Source: a virus
IMG/VR virus record: IMGVR_UViG_3300018080_000002
Coordinates: 32,001 to 96,000 of that record
DNA length: 64,000 nt
Reading direction: 5' to 3' (one strand)
Below the pieces are notes generated by a model. It was not told the origin of the DNA, did not search any database, and worked only from the letters and a program-made list of their open reading frames with translations. Position numbers and translations under genes: made by a program. Shown here piece by piece: positions 1-9,583 of this stretch; position 1 is the stretch's first letter; the number at the start of each line of letters is the position of its first letter.

Positions 1-2
1 CT

Positions 3-488
3 GGTGGAATTGCTCAAGCGATATCCTTAGCTAAAGACTTTGTTGGTAAAGATAATGTAGCGGTTATCCTTGGTGACAATATGTTTGATTTCAAGCTAGA
101 TAAGGAGGTTCTGAGCTTTGATGAGGATAAGACAGAAAAGTGTAGGCTTTTTTTAAAACGAGTGGATGATCCAAAGAGGTTTGGTGTTGCAGAGGTGCTA
201 TCAGACGATAAGATTCTTTATATCGAAGAAAAACCAAAAGTCCCTAAGTCAGATCTGGCTGTTATAGGGATATATTTTTATTCTAGCGATGTTTTCTCTA
301 AAATTACTTCATTGAAACCGTCTGGAAGAGGGGAATTGGAAGTAACAGATCTAAATATGGCCTATGTCAAAAATGGCGTTGCGGAGGCGAAAGTTATCGA
401 TGGATATTGGAGCGATGCTGGAACGTTTGAGACTTACAGGTCTGCTAATCGATTTATCTGGGAAAAATATGATGGCAGTTTTTATTAG
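3..488 (+). CDS. rfbA: Glucose-1-phosphate thymidylyltransferase (RmlA/RfbA), 5'-truncated by the window edge
   Basis: Frame is open from nt 3 (GGIAQAISLAKDFVGKDNVAVILGDN). Motifs RFGV, EEKP, KPSGRGELEVTD and WSDAGTFE. Confidence 0.9.
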   Translation, partial: GGIAQAISLAKDFVGKDNVAVILGDNMFDFKLDKEVLSFDEDKTEKCRLFLKRVDDPKRFGVAEVLSDDKILYIEEKPKVPKSDLAVIGIYFYSSDVFSKITSLKPSGRGELEVTDLNMAYVKNGVAEAKVIDGYWSDAGTFETYRSANRFIWEKYDGSFY

Positions 489-556
489 GGATTTGATGGT
501 AGGTTTTGCTTAATCCTACTTTTTTTTATAAATTTTTTGATTTTAGTTAGGAGTTT

Positions 557-1609
557 TTGATTATGAAGCAAGGTAGATCTATTAGTGATTTAGCGTTGGA
601 GTTAGAACGACAGGCAGAGGCCAAAAAAGATTTTATGGTCCCTGTCAGTGCGATGGGAATGCAGGGTAATGGACAGATATCATTTGGTGAATCGCCTGTA
701 GAATTTACGCGACATGCCCATGGCCAGGTTGCAGATTTTTTAGGTATCCCTCGAAGCTATTACGAAAAGATGCGAAAAGAAAATCACTTTGAACTTTTGA
801 GTGAAAATGTTAACCATTGGTTAAGCACTCACCAGGACAAAAAGAGAATGATCCGAACCCTTGATGGCTATGGAAGGGCTTTCTTGTCATCGAGATATCG
901 ACGATTGGATAATAAGGAAGTGGCAGAGACAGTATTACCTGTTTTGGTAGACCAAGAAGTTCAGATCATGTCGTCTGAAATAACAGATCGGAAAATGTTT
1001 ATCAAGGCTGTGTTTCCTAAAATACAAGGGGATGTAGCAGAGGGTGATGTGGTTCAATCTGGGATTATTATTTCCAATTCTGAGATTGGAGCAGGATCAT
1101 TGTTGGTTCAGCCATTGATTTATAGGTTGGTATGTGAAAATGGTATGATCTTGCCTGATAGCAAGTTGAACAAGTATCATATTGGTAGGGTTAATAGTCC
1201 TGAGAGCAAGATTGCTCATTTATTGACATCGGAAACACTTGATGCAAACGATAAGGCATTTTTTCTGAGCGTTAGGGATGTGGTAAAATCTTGTTTTGAG
1301 ATCGATCTTTTTAATGGCAGTCTTAACAAATTGAGAGAGGCATCTGGTATTAAGATTGAAAGCAAAAAGATTGAGAAAGTGGTCGAAGTAACCCAGAAAA
1401 AATTCAATATTTCGGAGTCGAATGGTAGTAGTATTTTGCAGCATTTGATTGAAGGTGGAGATCTTAGCAAGTACGGGTTGGCCAATGCTGTTACCAGAGC
1501 TTCCAGTGACGTTGAAAATTATGACGATGCAACAGATATGGAAGAAATCGGCGGCAAGATCATCAATTTAACATCTGGAGAATGGAAAACTATTTCTGAG
1601 GTATCATGA
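557..1609 (+). CDS. DUF932-family phage/plasmid protein
   Basis: MKQGRS..LA.ELERQ N-terminus; RAFLSSRYRRLDN, ISNSEIG.GS and YRLVCENG motifs. Confidence 0.75.
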   Translation: MIMKQGRSISDLALELERQAEAKKDFMVPVSAMGMQGNGQISFGESPVEFTRHAHGQVADFLGIPRSYYEKMRKENHFELLSENVNHWLSTHQDKKRMIRTLDGYGRAFLSSRYRRLDNKEVAETVLPVLVDQEVQIMSSEITDRKMFIKAVFPKIQGDVAEGDVVQSGIIISNSEIGAGSLLVQPLIYRLVCENGMILPDSKLNKYHIGRVNSPESKIAHLLTSETLDANDKAFFLSVRDVVKSCFEIDLFNGSLNKLREASGIKIESKKIEKVVEVTQKKFNISESNGSSILQHLIEGGDLSKYGLANAVTRASSDVENYDDATDMEEIGGKIINLTSGEWKTISEVS

Positions 1610-1613
1610 TTGT

Positions 1614-2783
1614 ATGGATTTGGAAGAGGCTAGAATTGTTTTAGAGCGGTTAGGATCTGTAAAATTTAAGTCAACGAATAGGGGGTTTCTGACTAATTGT
1701 CCTTTGAAAGACAGGCATAAAAATGGGGATAAAAACCCCAGTATGAATGTGTTTAGCGGAGATCCTACTATTTGTTATTGCTTTTCCTGTAAATTTAAGG
1801 GGAAGCTATTTTTTTTAGCAAAGGATGCTGGAGCCTCTAGCGATTTATTGGATTACATAGACGGTGCAGAGGGTCTTGATCTTATCAAGAGAGCTGGTCA
1901 TTTGCCAGATTATGAGACTGTTCCTTATGCCGCGACTATGTTATCTGATAAGGAGCGAAAAGCGCAAAATAGACTAAGGGATATACAGCGGAGGGGAGGG
2001 TGGTATTATTATGCCAAGGAAGAAAAATCAGCATATTTATCCAATATCCAAGAAAATGAGCTGTCGGGATGGCTCTCTAACCCCTATCCTGCCTATCTTA
2101 CTGAGCGTGGAATCACACAAGCTACGACCGAAAAATGGGGGATTGGTTACGATGATATTGGTTTGGTTGGGCTTAGAGAAAAAGAAACTGAGGATGGATC
2201 TAGGACCAAGTATTTTCTCTCGATTGGCGAAAGGGTTGTCTTTAGCATCCGAGACCAGTCCGGTAAAACGGTTGGATGGAGTAAAAGAACCATCCATGAT
2301 GAGAAAAGAGTGCAAGTCATCAGAAAATGGAAAGATGACATAGATTTGGTTATTATCAGGGGTGGTAATTGTAAATATTATCATATGCCTGGATTTGATA
2401 AGAAAAAGTACCTGTATGGTATGGATTTGATCGATTTAGAGCGGAGTCGGACGTGTATCGCAATGGAGGGTTTTACTGACGTCTTGAACTTATGGCAACA
2501 TGGATTGCCTAATGTATTGGGGTGTATGGGTGGAGATTTCAGCGATTGGCAGTTAAGCTTTATGGTGCGTAATTTTGATCGGGTTGTCTTTTTCCCCGAT
2601 GGTGATCAGGCGGGGTTGACGACTGTTGAGACTGCTTTTCAAAAAATATCTGGTCATGTTGATGTAAAAATTGCAGGATGGATTGATAAGAAAGACCCTG
2701 ATAGTTATGATGCGAAAACTGTCTATGAATTATTGGCTAAAACTCACAAGAAAAGCGTAAGGAGTCGTAATGTCGAAAAATGA
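1614..2783 (+). CDS. dnaG: DnaG-like DNA primase (Zn finger + TOPRIM)
   Basis: CP..H..D.NPS..CYCFSC zinc finger; YL.ERGI; TOPRIM EGFTD and FPDGDQAG; KDPD. Confidence 0.85.
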   Translation: MDLEEARIVLERLGSVKFKSTNRGFLTNCPLKDRHKNGDKNPSMNVFSGDPTICYCFSCKFKGKLFFLAKDAGASSDLLDYIDGAEGLDLIKRAGHLPDYETVPYAATMLSDKERKAQNRLRDIQRRGGWYYYAKEEKSAYLSNIQENELSGWLSNPYPAYLTERGITQATTEKWGIGYDDIGLVGLREKETEDGSRTKYFLSIGERVVFSIRDQSGKTVGWSKRTIHDEKRVQVIRKWKDDIDLVIIRGGNCKYYHMPGFDKKKYLYGMDLIDLERSRTCIAMEGFTDVLNLWQHGLPNVLGCMGGDFSDWQLSFMVRNFDRVVFFPDGDQAGLTTVETAFQKISGHVDVKIAGWIDKKDPDSYDAKTVYELLAKTHKKSVRSRNVEK

Positions 2784-3426
2784 TGAAGTTAAGAACTTGA
2801 AAGCACAACAATTGCTGTTAGGCAAAGAGATTGATGAGTTAAAGAGGCAATACAATAGATTTGTTCAAACCATCAATAATTCTAATGAGTTAAATACTCT
2901 AAAAAAAGAACTGGGATCTGTGAAAAATGCTATGTTTGAGATAACTGAGTCGATTGATTCGATCGATCAAGTTCTGATAGACAAGGGCATTTATTCTTCG
3001 CAGGAGGTTAAGGACAAGCTGATTCAGTCCTTTTTAGACCGCAGAAATTACACGAAGGACGTTAAAAAGGAGGCGTTGGAAAGTGGTGATTTGACATTCA
3101 TCAAATTTGTTTGTGTTGATGAGAATAAACAGGTGGTGTTTGCAGAGCCTCATCCGGTCAAATATCAAATCGGTATAGGTGCGTTGCCGTTCGAGAGTAA
3201 GATTGTTTCTTGTAAGCCTGGAGCAACCGAGGAATTTGAAGTAGATTTTCCAGACAATTTCTTTAATAAAAATGCGGCAGGAAAGAAATTGAATGTTGTC
3301 TTAACTTGCCAGTTGTGGGCTACTCCTGATCCTAGCAAAAAAAAGACACCACAGAAAAACCCGCCAGCGATTTCGCCTCATGACAAACCTAAGACGATGA
3401 ACGATGATGGGGAGCTTGAGACATGA
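2770..3426 (+). CDS. Coiled-coil protein with a trigger-factor-like FKBP domain
   Basis: C-terminal GD...I.F...PFESKIVSCKPGATEEFEVDFPDNF...AAGK resembles the trigger factor PPIase domain. Confidence 0.6.
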   Translation: MSKNDEVKNLKAQQLLLGKEIDELKRQYNRFVQTINNSNELNTLKKELGSVKNAMFEITESIDSIDQVLIDKGIYSSQEVKDKLIQSFLDRRNYTKDVKKEALESGDLTFIKFVCVDENKQVVFAEPHPVKYQIGIGALPFESKIVSCKPGATEEFEVDFPDNFFNKNAAGKKLNVVLTCQLWATPDPSKKKTPQKNPPAISPHDKPKTMNDDGELET

Positions 3427-3782
3427 GTGATGTAGATGTTGGTAACATAATCTCAAAAATTAAAAAAAAACCTACTCGCAAAAAAAGAGCGCAAAAACAG
3501 AAAAAAGAATCGGCAAAACCGATAGTGGTTGAAGTTGAAAAGCAGGAGCCTGTTGCAGATATGTCCTTAGATCAGGATTTATCATATCTGGATAATCTGT
3601 CACCAGAGATGGTCAAATCTCTGAGGTTACAGGCTGGTTTACCTGAATTGAAGGTATTCAGTGTGTATCCGTATTGCATGAAACATGGGTTTATCAATCC
3701 GACAGATCCAAATGCAGCGAGGAGATTTTGCTCTATTTGCGGTTGTAAGATGATAGATAAAAAGTATCTCGGAGAGCTATAA
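3423..3782 (+). CDS. Hypothetical protein with C-terminal Zn-ribbon-like motif
   Basis: CMKH...FCSICG; overlaps the upstream stop (ATGA). Confidence 0.6.
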   Translation: MSDVDVGNIISKIKKKPTRKKRAQKQKKESAKPIVVEVEKQEPVADMSLDQDLSYLDNLSPEMVKSLRLQAGLPELKVFSVYPYCMKHGFINPTDPNAARRFCSICGCKMIDKKYLGEL

Positions 3783-3789
3783 AAAGTAT

Positions 3790-3990
3790 GCGAATGCGTT
3801 GGGTAGTGTAAATCGGCAAGAGGCAGTCTCGATTTATAGAGAAAATGTGCTTGTCGGGGTAGCGGGTGCCAGGTTCCAGTACTGTCTAGGGTCTTGGCGG
3901 TGGCCATGTAAACACTGTCCAGTGAAGGGTTAAGGCAGACAGCCCGAAAAGGATCATTGGGGATGTACCAGCTCCCCCCCAACGCATCGT
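3790..3990 (+). ncRNA. Candidate structured ncRNA (~200 nt), family unknown
   Basis: GC-rich intergenic block closed by a perfect 10-bp helix ATGCGTTGGG (3794-3803)/CCCAACGCAT (3978-3987), with internal hairpins and a T-tract after it. Confidence 0.55.
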
Positions 3991-4011
3991 TTTTGTTTTG
4001 GAGTATGCGTT

Positions 4012-4212
4012 ATGCCAAATGAGATTCCTGATAATTACGAGCATATCGATCGTATCGAGATTCATATGGTTACAGGGGAAAAGTTGGTTTTGAGCGGTGA
4101 TGATGCTTATGCGTGGGCTGAGGCAGTTGACTGGGCTATACGAAGATTCCATGTTGAGCAATATGCTAGGTATGACAAGATAAAACGTGATTTCATATGG
4201 CGAAAGGAGTAG
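4012..4212 (+). CDS. Hypothetical protein
   Basis: GGAG RBS; operon-like packing. Confidence 0.6.
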   Translation: MPNEIPDNYEHIDRIEIHMVTGEKLVLSGDDAYAWAEAVDWAIRRFHVEQYARYDKIKRDFIWRKE

Positions 4213-4215
4213 ATC

Positions 4216-4599
4216 GTGGAAATGAATAAAGAGCTGCTTGAGGCGGTTAATAAGTATTTGCAACCTAAACAGTATTTCAGAGCTGAGACAGTCAAAGGCA
4301 AAAAGACGATTATTACGATCATGGGGTTTGATAATCCAAGACAGCCGAGATGGGTTTATTTCGCTCATGCTGGAAGGGATAAGAGGACTGATAGAGCCAA
4401 GGTCACGAAACACACCGTTGGAGAAACTATCAGAGCGATAGAGGCTGGAGATATAGAGCCAGTCGCAAGAGAGACGATAGATCCGCATGATATGGGGATG
4501 CTGGCTATTGGCCTTACAGCTCTAGCAAAGGGTATGGGTGTTCATGAGTATTTGGACAGACGAACAGATGGAAGTTTGCCTCCAGAGGGGATGAAATGA
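4216..4599 (+). CDS. Hypothetical protein
   Basis: AAGGAG RBS; tightly packed ORF. Confidence 0.6.
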   Translation: MEMNKELLEAVNKYLQPKQYFRAETVKGKKTIITIMGFDNPRQPRWVYFAHAGRDKRTDRAKVTKHTVGETIRAIEAGDIEPVARETIDPHDMGMLAIGLTALAKGMGVHEYLDRRTDGSLPPEGMK

Positions 4600-4796
4600 A
4601 TATATTTGAAAAACCGAACAAAGGCGGTGGTTGGGAATGCCCTATATGTAAGACGAATAAGGATGGTCAAGTTATTTTAGCTGGGATCGTTGGAACTGAG
4701 GATGGAAACAACATGCAGGCTGAACAGATCCATGTCGATTGCCTTGAGCTGTATATTCACAAAGACCAGCATTGGATAGGGATGAAATATGACTAA
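4596..4796 (+). CDS. Small Zn-binding hypothetical protein
   Basis: CPIC...HVDC; coupled to neighbours. Confidence 0.55.
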   Translation: MNIFEKPNKGGGWECPICKTNKDGQVILAGIVGTEDGNNMQAEQIHVDCLELYIHKDQHWIGMKYD

Positions 4797-4977
4797 GGAT
4801 GAAGCTAAAGAAATTTTAGAGGACGTTTTAGATACTTTGGTTGAAGTGGGTAATGGGACAACGGATGAGATGCTTCACGATGCTGCGAATAAGTTGTTTA
4901 GGTTTCGGGATGAATATTTCAACGAGGTTAATAGGAGGAATGAAAATGCAAGTAAGAAAGTATTGTCCGAAGTGTAA
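4789..4977 (+). CDS. Hypothetical protein
   Basis: Packed ORF overlapping its neighbours. Confidence 0.5.
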   Translation: MTKDEAKEILEDVLDTLVEVGNGTTDEMLHDAANKLFRFRDEYFNEVNRRNENASKKVLSEV

Positions 4978-5104
4978 GAAAGACTATTACATTGAGCTGT
5001 CTCCAGTAATGAAATGCCCTAAGTGCGGCATGACGTTGAATGAATTGAATGAAATTATAGGTAATAAGGAGCAGCAAGACAAAGAATTGCAGGAAAACAA
5101 ATGA
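4940..5104 (+). CDS. Zn-ribbon protein
   Basis: AGGAGG RBS; CPKC...CPKC. Confidence 0.55.
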   Translation: MKMQVRKYCPKCKKDYYIELSPVMKCPKCGMTLNELNEIIGNKEQQDKELQENK

Positions 5105-7620
5105 AAGAAAAAAAGACGTTATATTACCTAGTTAAGCAACTTGATGCTTGCTTTAGCTATCGGATTTTATGGCCGAGCAAATACCTCCAGAGGAATCACA
5201 ACTGGGAGTGTTACTACGACAAGATTGATGATTTGTTCTACATGAATCAGGATGGATCGTATAACTACGACAAGATCAAGCCTGGTCGGTTAGAGATCTT
5301 AGAGCAATGTGATTTAGTAGTTCTCCAGAGGGGTACGGATGCAGGACATTTGCAGTTGCTTCGGTTTATCCGAGATCAGTTCAAAAAGCCGATCATATAC
5401 GAATGTTTTACATATGATAATGAGGTGATGACTGAGTTTGGTCTCATGAGGATTGGAGATATAGTTGAAGAGGGATGGGATGTTAAAGTTTATAGCGATG
5501 ACGGTAAGTTGTATCCCATAGATAAGCATTTTTCAAGAGAGTTTGATGGATGGGTTTATCGAATAAAGACTTGGTATTTGTTTGATGAGATAGAGTGTAC
5601 GGATTCTCATAAGTTGATTGCTCATAAAGGCGGTTTTAACGATGAGATATTTGAAGAGATTGAAGTAAAGCATTTAAGAAAAGGTGATTTTTTAAAGATC
5701 CCATTTTTGAAGATCAATTGTGAAGTCCCGATGTCTTTTGATTTAGCGGATTATATTCCTGATGGATGGAATGTTGAAGATGATTTTGTTTATAAAGTGA
5801 GTAATTGTAAGACATTAAGATATATTGATTTTGATTACGATCTTAGTAGGCTGTTCGGTTATTTTTTATCTGAGGGATGCGTCAATAATAGTAATAGGTC
5901 GGTTACGTTTTCTTTCCATATAGATGAAAGAATATATATTGATGATGTTTTGTCTATTGTTAAGTCTAAGTTTGGTCATGATGCTAGTGTTTATTCCGAT
6001 TATCATGAAAGTTCTGTTAGGATTCAGATTAACTCTAAGATAGTAGGTTTATTTTTTAATGATATTTTTGGGGAGAATGTAAGAGCACCTACAAAGAAAG
6101 TGCCTAATTTTTATTTTTCTAGTATTGATCTGCGGTATGTTAAAGAAATGTTATTAGGTTTGTTTCGAGGAGATGGTAGTAACGTTAAAAATATCGGTTT
6201 TCGTCGTGGGGCTAGGTTAACAACATCGTCTAAGACTATGTTGTATCAGGTTCATAATTTGCTTTTAAGATTTGGGATCATTGCCAGTGTTTATAAGTTG
6301 TGGAGATCAGGGAAAGAACATGAAATCCGAGGAAGAACAGTTAATTCAGGTGATGGCTATGAGCTTAAGGTTAATGTAGTTGATGACATAGAAAGTATTG
6401 ATTTTAAAGAAAGATGCGAGTTAAAGACTAAGAATTTGAATCTAAAGGGTAAGGTGGATTTAGAGAATGAGTTTGCTTGGGTAGAGATCCAGAATATTTC
6501 AAGGGAAAAGAAGAAAGTCAAAGTTTTTAATATCTGTGTTAATCCCAGACATACTTATAATGTAAGAACTATCGCCAGTGCAAATAGCGACGACGACTAT
6601 ATTAACGTGCCGGAATGGAACACTGGCTATAGGTATTTTGCGCCAAGAAAAGCAGAGATAGTTCAGATGATTTCTGAGGTTGATGCTGTTACAGTCACAG
6701 TTCCGAGTCTTCGAGATTTGTATAGTAAGTACAATCCAAGAATTAAGATTCTGAAGAATTGTCTGGATTTCGAGAAAATAGATAAATCTCCTGCATTGGT
6801 GAATGACAGCAAGATGCTTAGAGCATCGATGTATAGATGTCCTAGAGATTATCTTGAGGAGTCCTTGAGAGATATTGTTTTAAAGCAGGTCGAGGCAGTC
6901 ATTAATAAAGAGGGTAAGCCTCTCAGCCAGGAGAACATCGATGCTGTTATGAATGGTCCCGTTCAGTTTAACGTGCCTGTGAATTTTGATTGGTATCGAG
7001 CGATACGTGATGACGAGAAAAAATTGTTGCTTGGTTGGGGTGGTTCTCCTACTCATATTCTCGATATTGAGGTGATGAGAGATCCTGTGATGAAAGTAAT
7101 GTCCAAGTATCGGTTTTTACACTTGGTATTTGTTGGATATTTGCATATGATGTCCTTATTGCGAAATTCTCCATATGGCGCGAATGTTCGTAAATGGCTT
7201 ATAGGGATGGATCTGAAGAGATTTTGGATATTCCATTTAGTAGGCGTTAAACACTACTATTCCCTATATAAAGCACTAGAATTTGATATTGGTCTGGCTC
7301 CTGTTTCTCCGGTCCAGTTTAACGCTTCCAAGAGCAATCTTAAGGTGATTGAGTACATGGCATTGGGCATGTATCCGATGGCTAGTGATTTCACCACTTA
7401 TCACGGCGTTATGGTTCCTGAAGGAAAAGAGAATGAGGATGTTGGAGTAGGGAGATTATGTAAGACCCAGGATGATTGGGAGCATAATCTTTATGATGTT
7501 CTGAATGATCACGATATGAGAGCTGAGTCGGTTTACCATAATGACCTGTTTGTAAGAAAGCACTACGACATTGATTTCGAGTCGGAACATTGGGATAAAT
7601 TTTATCGCAGCTTGCTGTGA
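5101..7620 (+). CDS. GT-B glycosyltransferase (GT4-like) interrupted by an intein
   Basis: Exteins carry SYRI.WP, VVLQR, IIYE|SDDD, GWGGSPTH..D, DIGLAP and FNASKSNLKVIEY. Confidence 0.8.
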   Translation: MKEKKTLYYLVKQLDACFSYRILWPSKYLQRNHNWECYYDKIDDLFYMNQDGSYNYDKIKPGRLEILEQCDLVVLQRGTDAGHLQLLRFIRDQFKKPIIYECFTYDNEVMTEFGLMRIGDIVEEGWDVKVYSDDGKLYPIDKHFSREFDGWVYRIKTWYLFDEIECTDSHKLIAHKGGFNDEIFEEIEVKHLRKGDFLKIPFLKINCEVPMSFDLADYIPDGWNVEDDFVYKVSNCKTLRYIDFDYDLSRLFGYFLSEGCVNNSNRSVTFSFHIDERIYIDDVLSIVKSKFGHDASVYSDYHESSVRIQINSKIVGLFFNDIFGENVRAPTKKVPNFYFSSIDLRYVKEMLLGLFRGDGSNVKNIGFRRGARLTTSSKTMLYQVHNLLLRFGIIASVYKLWRSGKEHEIRGRTVNSGDGYELKVNVVDDIESIDFKERCELKTKNLNLKGKVDLENEFAWVEIQNISREKKKVKVFNICVNPRHTYNVRTIASANSDDDYINVPEWNTGYRYFAPRKAEIVQMISEVDAVTVTVPSLRDLYSKYNPRIKILKNCLDFEKIDKSPALVNDSKMLRASMYRCPRDYLEESLRDIVLKQVEAVINKEGKPLSQENIDAVMNGPVQFNVPVNFDWYRAIRDDEKKLLLGWGGSPTHILDIEVMRDPVMKVMSKYRFLHLVFVGYLHMMSLLRNSPYGANVRKWLIGMDLKRFWIFHLVGVKHYYSLYKALEFDIGLAPVSPVQFNASKSNLKVIEYMALGMYPMASDFTTYHGVMVPEGKENEDVGVGRLCKTQDDWEHNLYDVLNDHDMRAESVYHNDLFVRKHYDIDFESEHWDKFYRSLL
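5404..6585 (+). mobile_element. Intein with LAGLIDADG homing endonuclease (394 aa) in the glycosyltransferase
   Basis: Starts CFTYD; block B CTDSHKL; LFGYFLSEG and LLGLFRGDG; block F VFNICV...HTY; ends ASAN followed by Ser+1. Confidence 0.85.
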
Positions 7621-7629
7621 GGGATTCGT

Positions 7630-8202
7630 ATGTCTTATGCGTTTTATGATGATGTTTATTCGCCTGTATTGGAGGGAAGGGCTGATCGCATTGTGGTTAT
7701 TGCTGGGGGTCATGAGGAGTTGGGGGATCTTTCCATACTAGCAAAATTGATGGGGATTGAAGAATGTGTTGATCGGCTTGTCTTTGAGTTCCCTTATGGT
7801 TATTTAGACGACCTAGAACTGATTTCAGTGTTTCCTAATTATACTCCTGATTCTAATCATCCAGTTATAAGGAGGAGAATATATAAAACTGATATTTTGG
7901 CGTTCTTCGCAGGCTTTGTTCATGAAGGAGATCGCATCGGTGAGAATGAAAATTACTGTTTAGGAAGCCGTAATTTATCTTGTGATACGTTTGGGCAATT
8001 GAAGGAATTGCAGAAACGAGATTTCTTTGAAAGAGGATACCAGCTCAAAAATACGATAAAGGATTTTATAGATCGGTTTGGGTTTGATAGATTGAATAGC
8101 ACAAGTCCAGAATATTTTTTAAAAATTTTCATGCCAAAGTTATCGATTGGAGAAATCGGATGCCATTTGAGTTTAAAGAAACAGATATTGAAGGAGTCAT
8201 AG
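7630..8202 (+). CDS. Hypothetical protein in the glycan cluster
   Basis: 190-aa ORF between the GT and rmlC. Confidence 0.6.
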   Translation: MSYAFYDDVYSPVLEGRADRIVVIAGGHEELGDLSILAKLMGIEECVDRLVFEFPYGYLDDLELISVFPNYTPDSNHPVIRRRIYKTDILAFFAGFVHEGDRIGENENYCLGSRNLSCDTFGQLKELQKRDFFERGYQLKNTIKDFIDRFGFDRLNSTSPEYFLKIFMPKLSIGEIGCHLSLKKQILKES

Positions 8203-8732
8203 AGGTTTCCCCACAGATTTTTCCTGATAGTAGGGGAAAGTTTTTAGAATTTTTTAGGTGGGATCTCTTTAGTCAGGACGGGATTCATTCAGTATATAGC
8301 CAGGTTAATGTCTCAGTGTCTAAAAAGAACGTTATTAGAGGCTTGCATTACCAGGATGGATTGAAACCCCAGGCTAAATTGGTTGGAGTTATAGCGGGTA
8401 AGGCTACCGATGTGGTTGTCGATTTAAGAGCAGATTCCAATACCTATTTGCAATATAGGAAGTTCGATTTAGATGCCAAAGCTCACAAGCTGATCTTAAT
8501 TCCGGTTGGGTGTGCTCATGGTTTTGCTTCATTACAGGACAATACAGTGCTAATGTATATGTGTAGCAATGAGTATGACATATTGTGCGATAGTGGAATC
8601 AGGTATAATGATCCAGATCTCAATATAGATTGGGGTATAGAATCGCCTGTCGTGTCGTCAAAGGATAATCGATTACAATCTTTAAAAAGGTTTTTGGAAT
8701 GTGGTGGATTACAGGTGCGAACGGTCTGTTAG
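8160..8732 (+). CDS. rfbC: dTDP-4-dehydrorhamnose 3,5-epimerase (RmlC)
   Basis: FPDSRGKF, RGLHYQ, QAKLV, DVVVDLR, IP.GCAHGF, GIRYNDPDLNIDW. Confidence 0.92.
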   Translation: MPFEFKETDIEGVIEVSPQIFPDSRGKFLEFFRWDLFSQDGIHSVYSQVNVSVSKKNVIRGLHYQDGLKPQAKLVGVIAGKATDVVVDLRADSNTYLQYRKFDLDAKAHKLILIPVGCAHGFASLQDNTVLMYMCSNEYDILCDSGIRYNDPDLNIDWGIESPVVSSKDNRLQSLKRFLECGGLQVRTVC

Positions 8733-9583
8733 GCAAGGAAATATCGGCTTTTTTCGGTGAGAATAATGTAGAATGTTATCTCACTGATTTTAATGTGGAT
8801 ATCACGAAAGAGAGATCTATTCTCAATTTCTTGAAGGATAGAAAAATTACTGGAATTATTAATTGTGCTGCTTATACGAATGTTGAGGAGTGTGAGGAGT
8901 GTCCGATTGATCATGTTAATGTTAATATGATCGGTGCATATAATTTGGCTTTAGTAGCCAAGAAATTCGATGTTCCTATTATTCATTTTTCGACTGATTA
9001 TGTATTTAGTGGCACCTCCAAACGTCCATACCAAGAGTCTGATATTACGGGTCCAATTAACAAGTACGGTCTGAGTAAACTGTATTCCGAGAATTACATC
9101 ATGACTAATTCTGATAAATATTTTATTTTTCGGATTTCCTGGCTATATGGCCGTTTTGGTAGTAGTTTTGTTAATAAGGTCATGGACAAGATTATGGCAT
9201 TTGAGGATCTTAAGATTGTTGATGATCAAGTCGGAAGTTTGACTAATGCGTTTGATGTTGCCAAGTTGGTTTATGCTTTAGCAGTTCAGCCTGTGGATAA
9301 ATATGGGGTGTATCATTTTACTGGCTATGGTGCTGCTAGTTGGTTTGATATAGCCAAATTCATCGGTAGGTGCATGTTTAGTATGGGTATTGTATCCAGA
9401 GAGCCAAAAGTGGAGCCTATCAGCTCATGGGCTGCGAATTTAAAGGCAAAAAGACCAGTTTATTCCTACTTGGATAAGTCAAAAATTGAAAATGAATTGG
9501 GAATTGCTTCAGCAGATTGGAAGGATTCCTTGGTCGGTTACATAATAAATAGGTACGAGCATGTCTATCGTAGTGATTGGTGA
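8699..9583 (+). CDS. rfbD: dTDP-4-dehydrorhamnose reductase (RmlD)
   Basis: ITGANGLLG, INCAAYT, STDYVFSG, YGLSK, DDQVGS, AKRP.YS.LD. Confidence 0.92.
   Translation: MWWITGANGLLGKEISAFFGENNVECYLTDFNVDITKERSILNFLKDRKITGIINCAAYTNVEECEECPIDHVNVNMIGAYNLALVAKKFDVPIIHFSTDYVFSGTSKRPYQESDITGPINKYGLSKLYSENYIMTNSDKYFIFRISWLYGRFGSSFVNKVMDKIMAFEDLKIVDDQVGSLTNAFDVAKLVYALAVQPVDKYGVYHFTGYGAASWFDIAKFIGRCMFSMGIVSREPKVEPISSWAANLKAKRPVYSYLDKSKIENELGIASADWKDSLVGYIINRYEHVYRSDW

Noticed and set aside
3855-3880. Similarity to RNase P (GGGTGCCAGGT) or the SRP Alu domain
   Set aside because: The RNase P P4 motifs and the SRP S-domain GGAA loop are absent; kept only as an unassigned ncRNA
3572-4488. Minus-strand ORFs 3572-3982 and 3886-4488
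   Set aside because: Antisense to well-packed + strand genes and the candidate ncRNA; no motifs
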